Shown here: positions 44,092 through 53,174 of the stretch, one piece after another
Layout: the number at the start of each line of letters is the position of its first letter
Position numbering within the stretch: the first letter of the stretch is position 1
NCBI GenBank assembly: GCA_964477035.1
Contig: CAYZCW010000010.1
Coordinates: forward strand, 31,215 to 95,214
Source: an uncultured Bacteroidales bacterium
Lineage (GTDB): Bacteria; Bacteroidota; Bacteroidia; Bacteroidales; UBA7960
DNA: 64,000 nucleotides
Reading direction: 5' to 3'
Position numbers and translations under genes: made by a program
The notes under the pieces: generated by a model
What the model was told of the DNA's origin: nothing
The model's input: only the letters and a program-made list of their open reading frames with translations
Databases searched by the model: none

Positions 44092-45267
44092 ATGAACCAG
44101 CTGCTCAGACATATCAAGGGGGACCGGCCGATCTGGATGATCGTCATCATCCTGTCGGTGTTTTCCCTGCTGGCCGTCTACAGCTCCACGGGAAGCCTCG
44201 CCTACCGGTTCCGCTCGGGCAACACGGAGTACTACCTGTTCAAGCACCTGATCATCATCCTGCTCGGGCTGGGGCTGATGTTCGCGGCCCACAAGATCAA
44301 ATACACCTATTACTCCCGCATTTCCCAGCTTGCCCTGTTCGTCGCCATCCCCCTGCTGCTGCTCACCCTGTTGAGGGGAACCTCCATCAATGAGGCCAGC
44401 CGCTGGCTGACCCTGCCCATCATCAACATCAGCTTTCAGAGTTCGGACTTCGCCAAACTGGCCCTCCTCATGTACCTGGCCAGGCTGCTCACCAAAAAGC
44501 AGGAGGACATCAAGGACTTTCAGACAGCCTTCCTGCCGGCGATCCTCCCGGTCTTGCTGGTCTGTGCCCTGATCCTGCCCGCCAACCTGTCAACCGCGGC
44601 CGTGTTGTTCACCACCAGCATGGTGGTGATGTTCGTCGGACGGGTCAGCCTCAAATACCTGATGGCCATGACCGGCATCGGCCTGGCCGGGGTGCTGCTG
44701 TTTGTGTTGGTGGTCATGAACATGCCCGAAACCGGCCGGGTCACCACCTGGAAGAACCGCATCGAGAATTTTGTGGACAAGGACAAGGGAGACACCTACC
44801 AGAGCGACCAGTCGAAGATCGCCATCGCCACGGGCGGGTTGTTTGGCAAGTTGCCGGGCAATTCCACCCAGCGCAACTTCCTTCCCCACGCCTATTCGGA
44901 TTTCATCTATGCCATCATCATTGAGGAATATGGCCTGGCCGGCGGCATCCTGGTCGTGCTGCTATACATGATGCTGCTTTACAGGGGGGTGCGCATCGCA
45001 CACAAGAGCCCCGGCACCTTCGGGGCACTGCTGGCGGCGGGACTGAGCTTCAGCCTGGTCTTCCAGGCCATGATCAACATGGCCGTGGCGGTCAACCTGC
45101 TGCCGGTCACCGGGCAGCCCCTGCCCCTGGTGAGCATGGGAGGCACCTCCCTGTGGTTCACCAGCCTGTCCATAGGCATCATTTTGAGTGTGAGCAGGAA
45201 AATAGAGGAAGACGAGCTGGTACATCAGCCAATCATCAATGAATCAAGCCATGCAGCGGCCCATTAA
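44092..45267 (+). CDS. ftsW: SEDS peptidoglycan polymerase FtsW
   Basis: ASRWL, SDFIYAIIIEEYG and LPLVSMGGTS motifs; dcw position. Confidence 0.94.
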   Translation: MNQLLRHIKGDRPIWMIVIILSVFSLLAVYSSTGSLAYRFRSGNTEYYLFKHLIIILLGLGLMFAAHKIKYTYYSRISQLALFVAIPLLLLTLLRGTSINEASRWLTLPIINISFQSSDFAKLALLMYLARLLTKKQEDIKDFQTAFLPAILPVLLVCALILPANLSTAAVLFTTSMVVMFVGRVSLKYLMAMTGIGLAGVLLFVLVVMNMPETGRVTTWKNRIENFVDKDKGDTYQSDQSKIAIATGGLFGKLPGNSTQRNFLPHAYSDFIYAIIIEEYGLAGGILVVLLYMMLLYRGVRIAHKSPGTFGALLAAGLSFSLVFQAMINMAVAVNLLPVTGQPLPLVSMGGTSLWFTSLSIGIILSVSRKIEEDELVHQPIINESSHAAAH

Positions 45268-46360
45268 GATCATCATCGCAGGAGGAGGCACCGGGGGCCA
45301 TGTGTTCCCGGCCATCGCCATTGCACGGGCGTTGCAGAAGACGCTGTACAACGCCCGCATCCTGTTTGTCGGAGCCCGGGGACGGATGGAGATGAAGCAG
45401 GTTCCCAAGGCAGGGTTTCACATCCTCGGCCTCCACATCATGGGCATACAGCGGCGCCTCACCTGGAAAAACCTGATGGTCCCCTTCAAGTTGATGGACA
45501 GCATGGTCCGCTCCAAGAACATCATCAAGCGGTTCAAACCCGACCTGGTGATCGGGGTCGGCGGCTACGCCAGTGGCCCCATTCTCCGGGCAGCCATCAG
45601 GCAGGGGGTACCGACCCTCATTCAGGAACAGAACTCCTATCCCGGGCTGACCAACCGCATCCTGTCCAGGAAGGCAGACAGGATCTGCGTGGCCTATGAG
45701 AACATGGACAGGTACTTTCCGAAATCCAAGCTCTTTCTGACCGGCAACCCGGTACGGCAGGACGTGGTGAACCTGGAAGGCAAAACCACGGAGGCATTTG
45801 AATACTTCGGCCTGGAGCCCGGCAAGCCGGTCCTGCTCGTGACCGGAGGCAGCCTGGGGGCGAGGACCATCAATGAAAGCATCGCCCGCAACCTCCGATT
45901 GTTCCTGGTGAATGACATCCAGGTCATCTGGCAGACCGGACGGGCCTATTACCAGCAAGCCCTGGAGAAAAGCCGCGGCATGGAAATGCCGGGGCTTTGT
46001 GTGAGGGAGTTCATCGACCGCATGGATTACGCCTATGCGGCGGCCGATGTGGTGGTCAGCCGGGCCGGTGCCATCGCCGTATCGGAGATATGCGCCGTGC
46101 AGAAGCCGGCCATCCTGGTTCCCTCGCCCAATGTGGCGGAAGACCATCAGACGAAGAATGCCATGGCCCTTGTCAACCAGCATGCGGCCATCCTGGTCGG
46201 GGACGCCGAAGCAGCGCAACAGCTGGGACCGGCGGTCATGGACCTGATCCGGGACGAAGAGAAAAAACACCGGCTGCGTGAACGCCTGGCCGGACTGTCG
46301 TACCGGGATGCAGCCGATGCCATCGCCGGCGTCGCCCTCACCCTCATAAAAAAACATTAG
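45251..46360 (+). CDS. murG: Lipid II GlcNAc transferase
   Basis: GGGTGGH, EQNS, GNPVR, GGSLGA and HQTKNA motifs. Confidence 0.97.
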   Translation: MQRPIKIIIAGGGTGGHVFPAIAIARALQKTLYNARILFVGARGRMEMKQVPKAGFHILGLHIMGIQRRLTWKNLMVPFKLMDSMVRSKNIIKRFKPDLVIGVGGYASGPILRAAIRQGVPTLIQEQNSYPGLTNRILSRKADRICVAYENMDRYFPKSKLFLTGNPVRQDVVNLEGKTTEAFEYFGLEPGKPVLLVTGGSLGARTINESIARNLRLFLVNDIQVIWQTGRAYYQQALEKSRGMEMPGLCVREFIDRMDYAYAAADVVVSRAGAIAVSEICAVQKPAILVPSPNVAEDHQTKNAMALVNQHAAILVGDAEAAQQLGPAVMDLIRDEEKKHRLRERLAGLSYRDAADAIAGVALTLIKKH

Positions 46361-46393
46361 AAATGAAAAACGAATCACGCAGATTGTGTACCA

Positions 46394-46447
46394 GCCAACA
46401 GCCAACAACCAATAGCCAATAGCCAAAAACAAAAGCCAACAACCAAC
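46394..46447 (+). repeat. Heptamer tandem array (GCCAANA-like, about 8 units) before murC
   Basis: GCCAACA GCCAACA ACCAATA GCCAATA GCCAAAA ACAAAA GCCAACA ACCAAC then ATG. Confidence 0.9.
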
Positions 46448-47896
46448 ATGAACCTGTCCCGCATACAACACATCTACTTCCTTGGAATCGGCGGCATCGG
46501 CATGAGTGCCCTGGCGCGGTATTTCCATGACCGGGGTGTGGATGTGAGCGGCTATGACAGGACCCCCTCCCCCATTACCCGGGCGCTGCAGGAAGAAGGC
46601 ATCCAGGTGCGGTTCGATCAGGACCCCGGGCAGATCCCGGCAGACACCCGGCTGGTCGTCTACACCCCGGCCATCCCCCAGGGCAGTCCGCTGATGGAGG
46701 CCGCCCGGGAGCGGCAGCTGCCCATGATGAAGCGTTCCGAGGTGCTGGGCGGCATCACCCGGGACCTTCCCTGCATTGCCGTGGCAGGGACGCATGGCAA
46801 AACCACGGTCTGTGCCATGCTCGCACACATTCTGAAAACGGCAGGCATCCCGGCCGAAGCCCTGATGGGCGGCATCGCCGTCAACTACAACAGCAATTAC
46901 CTGGGGGCCAAAGATCCCTTATGGATCATTGCGGAGGCCGATGAGTTCGACCGTTCCTTCCTGCACCTGCAGCCTCTCCTGGCGACGATCACCTCCATGG
47001 ATGCAGACCACCTGGACATTTACGGCACGCGCGATCGGCTGCGGGAATCCTTCGGGCTGTTTGCCGGCCGGGTCAGGGAAGGCGGCAAGCTGTTGTTGCG
47101 CAAGGGCCTGGAGCTGCCGGAAGGGCGGCGTGGTGAAATCCTGACCTATGCCCTGGAAGAAGGGGCCGATTACATGGCCGGTGCGATCCGGGTGGAGGAT
47201 GGCCGCTATGTGGCAGACTTTCGCGGCAGGCTGGACCTGCCCGGGCTGTTGCTGGGGGTGCCGGGCAGACACAATGTGGAAAATGCGCTGGCTGCAGCGG
47301 CCCTGGCAGCTCAGGCCGGGGCGGCACCGGAAGCCATACGGCAGGCCCTGGGAACCTTTCTGGGGGTCCGGCGCCGGTTTGAAACCTGTTACAAGGACGC
47401 CGCCACGGTCTACATCGACGATTACGCCCACCACCCCGGGGAACTCAGAGCGTGCATCGAAACGGCCAGGGAGTTGTACCCGGGATGGTCCGTCACGGGC
47501 ATCTTTCAACCCCATCTGTACAGCAGGACCAGAGACCTGGCCTGGGAGTTTGCCGACAGCCTGGCCATGCTGGATGAGTTGCTGCTGATGGACATCTACC
47601 CGGCAAGAGAAGAGCCCATACCGGGGGTGAACTCCCGCATGCTGCTGGGCAGGGTCCCCCTGGGAAACAAGCATCTGGTCGATATGGACCAGCTGATGCA
47701 ACGGCTGGAAGCCAAACGGCCCGCGGTCCTGCTCACCATGGGGGCAGGCGACATCGACCGGCTGCGGGAACCCATCGTCAGGCTGCTTATGGAAACAGGA
47801 CGGGCCGGCATGAAGGCGACCGCAGCGTCCGGGGACAGGCGGGCCGACACCGGGAATTCGAAAAACGGCGGAAACGACAACCGAGCGGAAGGATGA
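46448..47896 (+). CDS. murC: UDP-MurNAc:L-Ala ligase
   Basis: GIGGIGMS, GTHGKTT, DDYAHHP and FQPHLYSRT motifs. Confidence 0.97.
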   Translation: MNLSRIQHIYFLGIGGIGMSALARYFHDRGVDVSGYDRTPSPITRALQEEGIQVRFDQDPGQIPADTRLVVYTPAIPQGSPLMEAARERQLPMMKRSEVLGGITRDLPCIAVAGTHGKTTVCAMLAHILKTAGIPAEALMGGIAVNYNSNYLGAKDPLWIIAEADEFDRSFLHLQPLLATITSMDADHLDIYGTRDRLRESFGLFAGRVREGGKLLLRKGLELPEGRRGEILTYALEEGADYMAGAIRVEDGRYVADFRGRLDLPGLLLGVPGRHNVENALAAAALAAQAGAAPEAIRQALGTFLGVRRRFETCYKDAATVYIDDYAHHPGELRACIETARELYPGWSVTGIFQPHLYSRTRDLAWEFADSLAMLDELLLMDIYPAREEPIPGVNSRMLLGRVPLGNKHLVDMDQLMQRLEAKRPAVLLTMGAGDIDRLREPIVRLLMETGRAGMKATAASGDRRADTGNSKNGGNDNRAEG

Positions 47897-48693
47897 AAAA
47901 AAGAATCATACAACTGCTAAGAACCCTCCTGCTGCTGGCCCTTCCGGCCGGTACGCTGGTCCTGCTGGGCTTCGCATCCCAGAGCAACCGGGCACATCCC
48001 TGCAGGGAGTTCCGCATCCGGGTGGACCATAGCGGGGGGAGCCAGTTTGTCACCACCGAAGACCTCCGCAGGGCTGTCACCCTGGAGCTTGACAGCCTGG
48101 AGGGCCGGAAGATCGGCCCGGGAGCCCTGTCGCGGATCCGTGAGGTGGTGCTCTCCAATCCCTTCGTGGACCGCGCCGCTGTGTACCGGACCATCGGGGG
48201 CGACCTGCATGTGGAGGTTTCCCAGCGCGAGCCCATCCTGAGGGTGGTAAACAGCCGGAACCAGGGATACTACCTGGACCGTGGCGGCAGGATGATGCCC
48301 CTGAGTCCGGCCTATGCCGCCCGGGTGCCCGTGGCCACCGGCCACATCGCGGCATCCTATTCGCCGGATACCAGGTTGTCGGATGCGGAAGGCCCGGCCG
48401 GCCCCAAGGGACAGGAGCACGTCCTTCGCGAACTGTACCGCCTGGCCAGGCACATCGACGGCGACAATTTCTGGAGCGCCTTCATCGATCAGGTCTATGT
48501 CACCCCGGCGGGAGAATTTGAGCTCATTCCCAAAAACGGGGCGCATACAATAGAGTTCGGGAGTACCGAGGACATGGAGGAGAAGTTTGAAAAATTGCTG
48601 TTTTTTTACCGGAATGGCCTCTCCCGTGTGGGTTGGGGCTATTACCGCCGGGTCAATGTGAAATACGCCAAGCAAGTGGTTTGTTCCAAATAA
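47893..48693 (+). CDS. ftsQ: Cell division protein FtsQ (Bacteroidota type)
   Basis: N-terminal TM and POTRA-like region; VSQREPILRV; ends QVVCSK; between murC and ftsA. Confidence 0.88.
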   Translation: MKKRIIQLLRTLLLLALPAGTLVLLGFASQSNRAHPCREFRIRVDHSGGSQFVTTEDLRRAVTLELDSLEGRKIGPGALSRIREVVLSNPFVDRAAVYRTIGGDLHVEVSQREPILRVVNSRNQGYYLDRGGRMMPLSPAYAARVPVATGHIAASYSPDTRLSDAEGPAGPKGQEHVLRELYRLARHIDGDNFWSAFIDQVYVTPAGEFELIPKNGAHTIEFGSTEDMEEKFEKLLFFYRNGLSRVGWGYYRRVNVKYAKQVVCSK

Positions 48694-48705
48694 AGAATTG
48701 TTGCT

Positions 48706-49977
48706 ATGAAAACCAATGAAATCATCGTCGGACTGGATATCGGGTCCACCAAGATAGCCTGCATCGTGGGCAGAAAAAATGAATACGACAAGGTAGAGAT
48801 CCTTGGCATGGGACGGGCCGACTCCCTGGGGGTGAACCGCGGGGTGGTCGAAAACATCCAACACACCGTCGACTCCATCTCCCGGGCTGTGGAGGAGGCA
48901 AGCCAAAGCTCCGGGGTCGAGATCAAGGTGGTGAACGTGGGCATTGCCGGGCAGCACATCCGCAGCCTGCAGCACCGCGGCAACATCATGCGCAACAGCC
49001 TGGAGGAGGAAATCTCCGAAAATGACACCCAGAACCTGGTGGAGAACATGCACAAGCTCGCGCTCCCGCCCGGGGAAGAGATCATCCATGTAATTCCGCA
49101 GGAATACATCATAGACGGACAGCAGGGCATACGGCACCCCATCGGCATGTCGGGCAACTGCCTCGAAGCCAACTTTCACATCATTACCGGCAAGGTGGCC
49201 GCCGCCAAAAACATTGAAAAATGCGTCAGCAAGGCAGGGCTGATGATCACGGACCTCATCCTGGAGCCGCTGGCTTCGGCCGAGGCCGTCCTCAGCCCGG
49301 AAGAAAAAGAAGCCGGGGTGGTGTTGGTGGACATCGGGGGCGGCACCACCGATCTGGCCATTTTCCAGGACGACATCATCCGGCATACAGCCGTCATTCC
49401 CCTGGGAGGGAATGTGATCACCGACGACATCAAGGAAGGCTGCTCCATCATTCGCACCCAGGCGGAGGCCCTCAAGAAGAGCTTTGGCTCAGCCCTGGCC
49501 AGCGAGAACAAGGACGAGGAAATCGTGTCCATCCCGGGCCTGAAGGGCAGGGACCCCAAGGAGATCTCCCTCAGGAACCTGGCCCACATCATCCAGGCAC
49601 GCATGGAGGAGATTATCGAGCATGTTTATTACGAGATCAAAACCTCCGGGTTCGAGAAAAAGCTGATCGCCGGCATCGTACTCACCGGGGGCGGCAGCCA
49701 GCTAAAGCATGCGGCCCAGCTGACCTCCTTTATCACGGGCATGGATTCCCGCATCGGCTACCCCAACGAACACCTGGCCAAGTCACCCACGGGAGAAGTG
49801 GGCAGCCCCATGCATGCGACCGGGGTCGGCCTGGTGATCAAGGGATTTCAGAAAGCTGAATACCTCCGCAGGCAGGGATCCAGGGGCAAGGCGGAAGCTC
49901 CCCGGACCAAGGGCAGCTTTTTCGAAAAAATCATCACGCGGGGGATAGAATTTTTTGAAAAGGACGGCGACAGTTGA
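48706..49977 (+). CDS. ftsA: Cell division protein FtsA
   Basis: GLDIGSTKI, VDIGGGTTD and VLTGGG motifs. Confidence 0.98.
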   Translation: MKTNEIIVGLDIGSTKIACIVGRKNEYDKVEILGMGRADSLGVNRGVVENIQHTVDSISRAVEEASQSSGVEIKVVNVGIAGQHIRSLQHRGNIMRNSLEEEISENDTQNLVENMHKLALPPGEEIIHVIPQEYIIDGQQGIRHPIGMSGNCLEANFHIITGKVAAAKNIEKCVSKAGLMITDLILEPLASAEAVLSPEEKEAGVVLVDIGGGTTDLAIFQDDIIRHTAVIPLGGNVITDDIKEGCSIIRTQAEALKKSFGSALASENKDEEIVSIPGLKGRDPKEISLRNLAHIIQARMEEIIEHVYYEIKTSGFEKKLIAGIVLTGGGSQLKHAAQLTSFITGMDSRIGYPNEHLAKSPTGEVGSPMHATGVGLVIKGFQKAEYLRRQGSRGKAEAPRTKGSFFEKIITRGIEFFEKDGDS

Positions 49978-50068
49978 CGATTTATTAACAAGCAGCTGTT
50001 GAAAAATAAAGCCGGAACCGAAAAACCAAAAAAGAAAGCATTTAAGTACCTTCACAACCCGAAAAACC

Positions 50069-51592
50069 ATGACAACCGACATGATTAAATTCGATCTTCC
50101 GAAAAATCAAAGTTCCATTATCAAAGTGCTGGGCGTTGGCGGGGGCGGCAGCAATGCCGTCAACCACATGTTCAGGCAGGGAATCGAAGGGGTCGATTTC
50201 ATCGTCTGCAATACCGACAGCCAGGCCCTCGAAATGAGTCCCGTTCCCAACAAAATGCAGCTGGGCGCCGGACTCACAGAAGGAAGGGGGGCCGGAAGCA
50301 TTCCGGAAGTGGGCCGCAATGCGGCCATCGAGGACATTGACCGCATCAAGGAGATCCTGGAAAAGCATACCAAGATGCTGTTCATCACCGCCGGCATGGG
50401 GGGAGGCACCGGAACAGGAGCCGCCCCGGTCATTGCCAAGGCGTCCAAGGAACTCGGCATCCTCACGGTGGCCATCGTGACCATCCCGTTTGCCTTCGAG
50501 GGCCGCAAGCGGCGTCAGCAGGCAGAAGAAGGGATCAACAACCTGAAGGAACACGTGGACACCCTGTTGCTGATCTGCAACGACCGCCTCAGGGAACTTT
50601 ACGGCAACCTGTCTGTCAGCGAGGCATTCGGCAGGGCAGACAATGTGCTGACCACAGCGGCCAAAGGCATTGCAGAGATCATCACCCTTACGGGCAACAT
50701 CAATGTGGACTTCGCCGATGTTAAAACCGTCATGTCAGACAGCGGGGTCGCCATCATGGGCAGCGGCCAGTCAGAGGGCGAAAACCGGGCCATCCAGGCA
50801 GTGGAGACAGCCCTTGCCTCCCCCCTGCTGAACGACAACCACATCCGCGGGGCCCGGAACATCCTGCTCAACATCACCAGCGGCACCGAAGAGATCCTCA
50901 TGGACGAGATCACCGAAATCACCGATTACATCCAGCAGGAAGCAGGATCCACCGCCGAGATCATCTGGGGGCTGGGTCATGATGAGGGCCTGGGCAGCAA
51001 GATCAACATCACCCTGGTGGCCACCGGCTTCGGGGAAGGGGCGCCCCTGGGTCTCGATATGGAAAAGCCGCAGGTCAGCCGGAAAACCCATACACTGACC
51101 CAGACCGTGCCCCGGGAAGAACGGCGCAAGGAAGAAGTGGTGCACAATGAAGTCGACGGCATGACCTTCACCGTCAAAACCACCGCCCCGGACAAGAAAC
51201 CTGCCGGGCAGGGAGATTTCCGGCGGACAGGGGAAAACATATTCGATTTTCCGGTAAACCAGCCCATCAGAGCAAGCAAACAGCAAGCCGGGGTGAATGA
51301 GGCGGGGGAAGCCGGGGACGGACCGGTTCCCGATCCGGTTTCCGAAGAGGCGCTTCAGCAGAAAATCCGGGAACGGGAACAGCGGTTGCGCGACCTCAGC
51401 GTGAAGCTCAAAACCCCCGAGGGCCTGCACGACCTGGAAAAACAACCGGCCTTTGTCCGGCGCAATGTCTCCCTGAACAAGGTGCCGGCCAGCCACGAAT
51501 CCCAGGTTTCGCGCTACACCCTGAACGAAGGAGATGACAATAAGGTGCAGATCAAATCGAATAATTCGTTTTTGCACGATAATGTTGACTGA
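50069..51592 (+). CDS. ftsZ: Cell division protein FtsZ
   Basis: GGGTGTG tubulin motif; NVDFADV; Bacteroidota tail NNSFLHDNVD. Confidence 0.99.
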   Translation: MTTDMIKFDLPKNQSSIIKVLGVGGGGSNAVNHMFRQGIEGVDFIVCNTDSQALEMSPVPNKMQLGAGLTEGRGAGSIPEVGRNAAIEDIDRIKEILEKHTKMLFITAGMGGGTGTGAAPVIAKASKELGILTVAIVTIPFAFEGRKRRQQAEEGINNLKEHVDTLLLICNDRLRELYGNLSVSEAFGRADNVLTTAAKGIAEIITLTGNINVDFADVKTVMSDSGVAIMGSGQSEGENRAIQAVETALASPLLNDNHIRGARNILLNITSGTEEILMDEITEITDYIQQEAGSTAEIIWGLGHDEGLGSKINITLVATGFGEGAPLGLDMEKPQVSRKTHTLTQTVPREERRKEEVVHNEVDGMTFTVKTTAPDKKPAGQGDFRRTGENIFDFPVNQPIRASKQQAGVNEAGEAGDGPVPDPVSEEALQQKIREREQRLRDLSVKLKTPEGLHDLEKQPAFVRRNVSLNKVPASHESQVSRYTLNEGDDNKVQIKSNNSFLHDNVD

Positions 51593-51610
51593 ACCATGAC
51601 GCATTTTTTG

Positions 51611-51618
51611 TAACTTTG
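51611..51618 (+). promoter_or_regulatory. -7 promoter element of the FKBP gene
   Basis: TAACTTTG 27 nt before the ATG. Confidence 0.65.
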
Positions 51619-51645
51619 CACCCGGATTATTAAAAGAGAGGGTTC

Positions 51646-52110
51646 ATGGTTCAAAAGGCGACAAAATGGTTTGGGATGCTGCTCCTGCTGGGGTTGACCA
51701 GTCTTTCCGGCTGCGGAAAGGACGATCCCGAGCGTATCGCCGAAAAGGACAGGGAGAAGATCCTGGAGTACATCCAGGAAAACGAACTGGAGGCCCGGGA
51801 GCACGAGTCCGGGATATTTTATGTCGTCATCCGGGAGGGCAGCGGGGGGTACCCGACCGAGAACTCCTGGGTAAACATCCATTATGTCGGGTATTTTCTG
51901 GACGGCAAAGTGTTCGATGAGCGGTACAACTACACAGGGTTCATCAGCGGGAACATCCTCGGATGGCGCATCGGGATTCCCCTGTTCCAGAAAGGCGGGA
52001 AAGGCATGCTGCTCATCCCATCGGGCCTGGCCTACGGAACCTACGGGACGTTTGGGATCCCGCCCAATTCGATCCTCATATTCGATGTGGAACTGGTGGA
52101 TTTTAATTAA
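51646..52110 (+). CDS. FKBP-type peptidyl-prolyl isomerase lipoprotein
   Basis: LSGC lipobox; HYVGYFLDGKVFD, IPSGLAYG and IPPNSILIFDVEL motifs. Confidence 0.93.
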   Translation: MVQKATKWFGMLLLLGLTSLSGCGKDDPERIAEKDREKILEYIQENELEAREHESGIFYVVIREGSGGYPTENSWVNIHYVGYFLDGKVFDERYNYTGFISGNILGWRIGIPLFQKGGKGMLLIPSGLAYGTYGTFGIPPNSILIFDVELVDFN

Positions 52111-52121
52111 ACACGACGCAT

Positions 52122-52400
52122 ATGCCTAGCAAGAAAGATCTCAAAAAAGACATCAACTACCTGGTCGACGAGGTGATCGGGACCTGTTTGTTGCACCAAT
52201 ATACCCAGGGAAAAGACAAGCAAGAGGAGCTGGATGGGATGATCAACGAAATGATCGGGTTCCGTGAACAAATGCTCAAGAAAGTGAACAGCCCGGAGAC
52301 CAAGGACGGGAAGTTGCGGGCCTACTACCGCAGCCTGTACGACGAATTGCTGGAGAAGGTCAACGCAGCCTTTGAAAAACTCGGTGGCAGCGCGGAATAA
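52122..52400 (+). CDS. Small helical hypothetical protein
   Basis: 92 aa beginning MPSKKDLKKDINYL; host-like codon usage; followed by a terminator-like hairpin. Confidence 0.8.
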   Translation: MPSKKDLKKDINYLVDEVIGTCLLHQYTQGKDKQEELDGMINEMIGFREQMLKKVNSPETKDGKLRAYYRSLYDELLEKVNAAFEKLGGSAE

Positions 52401-52426
52401 GCCCGCATCTACCAGAAAACATAACC

Positions 52427-52449
52427 GGGCGCCTGATGCGCCCTTTTTT
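52427..52449 (+). terminator. Intrinsic terminator
   Basis: GGGCGC-ctgat-GCGCCC followed by T6. Confidence 0.6.
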
Positions 52450-52467
52450 GTACCAACCCATAGCACC

Positions 52468-53145
52468 ATGTGCGGAAGATTCACCCTGGCAAAAAAGTCG
52501 GCAGAAGTGGCAGCACGGTTTCACATCGTGATTCCCGAAGACAGCCGGGTGACCACCTACAATGCCGCACCTTCCCAGGTCCTGCCGGTCATCACCTCCC
52601 GGGATCCGGGCAGGCTGTCGCTCGCCCGCTGGGGTCTGCCGGCCCCATGGAAAAAAGAGAGTCAGCAGCTGGTCATCAATGCCCGGACCGAAACCCTGCA
52701 GCAAAAAAAATTGTTCCGACCCCTGCTGGAGCAGGGCCGCTGCCTGGTGCCGGCCGATGGATTCTATGAATGGGACAAACAAGGCAGCAAACGGCAGCCG
52801 CTGCGCTTCCGTCTGGCAGGGGACGAGCTTTTCGCCTTTGCCGGGCTGTACCAACTGACCACCGACGGGAGCGGGAACGGCATGGTGGCATTCACCATCC
52901 TCACCACGGCGGCCAATGAGCTGGTCCGACCGGTCCACGACCGCATGCCGGTGATCCTGCTGCCAGAAGCAGAGGACGCCTGGCTGTCGGCAGCAGCTTG
53001 GGAGGATTCCCTGGAGTCCTTGCTGCAACCTTATCCTGCCGGTGCCATGCAAGCTTACACTGTCTCCCCTTCCGTGAACCGGACCGGGGTGGACCATGAA
53101 GGGCTGATCGCCCCCTGGGAAGATCCGGCGCTGAAACTTTTCTGA
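52468..53145 (+). CDS. SRAP (YedK/HMCES-like) abasic-site protection protein
   Basis: MCGRF start with catalytic Cys2; INARTET, GFYEW and HDRMPVIL motifs. Confidence 0.95.
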   Translation: MCGRFTLAKKSAEVAARFHIVIPEDSRVTTYNAAPSQVLPVITSRDPGRLSLARWGLPAPWKKESQQLVINARTETLQQKKLFRPLLEQGRCLVPADGFYEWDKQGSKRQPLRFRLAGDELFAFAGLYQLTTDGSGNGMVAFTILTTAANELVRPVHDRMPVILLPEAEDAWLSAAAWEDSLESLLQPYPAGAMQAYTVSPSVNRTGVDHEGLIAPWEDPALKLF

Positions 53146-53174
53146 TCACCAACCCCCAACCAACCCCCAAACCC

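Noticed and set aside
44035-46447. Heptamer arrays as CRISPR
   Set aside because: 7-bp tandem units without unique spacers, and no cas genes in the window.
35994-51592. murF, ddl and murB missing from the dcw cluster
   Set aside because: Usual arrangement for Bacteroidota, where these genes lie elsewhere.
52468-53145. SRAP gene as a prophage or mutagenesis-cassette marker
   Set aside because: No phage, umuCD or imuABC genes nearby, and codon usage matches the host.
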